The notes under the pieces were generated by a model. It did not search any database. It saw nothing but the letters and a program-made list of their open reading frames with translations, and was not told where the DNA came from. From NCBI GenBank assembly GCA_030704615.1, contig CM060731.1:59892001-59956000 (forward strand): 64,000 nt of DNA. Reading direction: 5' to 3'. Positions within the stretch are counted from its first letter, which is position 1. Each line of letters opens with the position of its first letter. This DNA is from Takakia lepidozioides. Its lineage: Eukaryota > Plantae > Bryophyta. Position numbers and translations under genes: made by a program. This document shows, piece by piece, positions 62,900 to 64,000 of the stretch.

Positions 62900-64000
62900 G
62901 GAAAGTGGTCCCATGAAATGCTATGATTGCAGGATATGCACATCAAGGGCTTGGGGTAGAGGTGTTGTCAAATTTAACAAATAGCCCTGAGGCCAAACAA
63001 GGTAACCTTCATCATCATCCTCCACATGTTCATGTGCAGCTTGACCTTGTCAGCATCTATGTCAAGTGCGTCAGATTATTGCAGTGTATCGCAAGATATA
63101 TATCTTCTGGTAGGCATTGGTTGCAGGATATGCTCACCAAGGGCATGTTGAAGAGCCATGCAAAGTACTTCTGGGAGCAGGTATGAAGCCCAACAAGTAC
63201 ACATTTATTAGTATCCTAAGGACATGCAGCAATCAAGCAGCTATGAAACATGGCAAGAGAATCCATGCCCAGATAATCGAAGCTGGATTTGAGTCAGATA
63301 TCCTTGTGGGGAATGCACTCATCAGCATGTACGCAAAGTGTGGGAGTGTGGTGACCTCCCGCCAAGTGTTTGACCAAATGCCTCAACGAGACGTGGTCTC
63401 ATGGACTGCAATGATTGGAGGATATGCTCAACAAGGGCTTGGTCAAGAGGCATTTGAACTCTTTTGGAAAATGCAGCAAGAACTTGTGATGCCAAACAGG
63501 GTCACCTTTTGTAGTATCCTCAAGGCATGCACAGCTATGGAACAGGGCAAGCAGGTCCATGCATACATCATGCAAGCAGGATATGAGTCAGATGTTCTTG
63601 TGGGAAATGCCATTGTCAGCATGTATGCCAGGTGTGGGAGCATGGTGGATGCACGTCAAGCGTTCGAAAAAATACCTGAAAAGAATGTGGTCTCCTGGAA
63701 TGCAATGATCGCAGGATGTGCTTACCAAGGGCATCATGTAGAAGCATTTGAACTATTCTCAGAAATGAAACAAGTGGGCATGAAGCCAAATAAGATCACA
63801 TTCATGAGCATCCTCAACACCTGTACTAGCCCCTCAGCGGTGGTGCAGAGCAAGCAGATCCATGCTCACATAATTGAAACTGGATTGGAGACAGATGTCG
63901 CTGTGGGAAATGCCCTTGTCAGCATGTACGCCAAGTGTGGGAGTGTTTTGAGTGCGCTACAAGTTTTCCACAAAATGCCTCATCGAGATGTTGTTTCATG
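62900..64000 (+). CDS. PLS-class PPR gene, partial; 5' motifs frameshifted (possible pseudogene)
   Basis: Open frame from ATG 63183 to the window end (MKPNKYTF..MYAKCGS..DVVSWTAMIGGYAQQG..); 62900-63180 holds broken motifs (MIAGYAHQG). Confidence 0.85.

Overview
Eukaryotic land-plant nuclear DNA, probably from a seed-free lineage (inferred from the PLS-PPR style and TE families), with GT-AG introns and many transposon relics. Genes: (1) a tandem pair of MCA/CNR13-type Ca2+-channel genes, one full length (MCAfunc + coiled coil + PLAC8) and one cleanly ending before PLAC8; (2) a spliced PLS-class PPR gene with an N-terminal OSB-type 'PDF' ssDNA-binding motif and a decayed DYW domain; (3) a ZDP-type polynucleotide 3'-phosphatase whose linker exon is repeated four times; (4) a second PLS PPR running off the right edge. 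Pseudogene material includes two HSP101/ClpB relics, a nicastrin fragment and PPR/PDF chimeras. Mobile elements include a complete non-autonomous CACTA element (40921-43295, ACA target-site duplication) carrying PPR and PDF gene fragments, a near full-length degenerate L1-type LINE, several LINE 3' ends, gypsy, hAT, CACTA and other transposase remnants, a hAT-type MITE and two tRNA-like heads. The most notable system is the recurring PDF-motif + PPR pairing (three loci), one copy of which sits inside a Pack-CACTA. Family assignments come from remembered motifs, not database searches, and exon models are predicted from splice signals and frame only.
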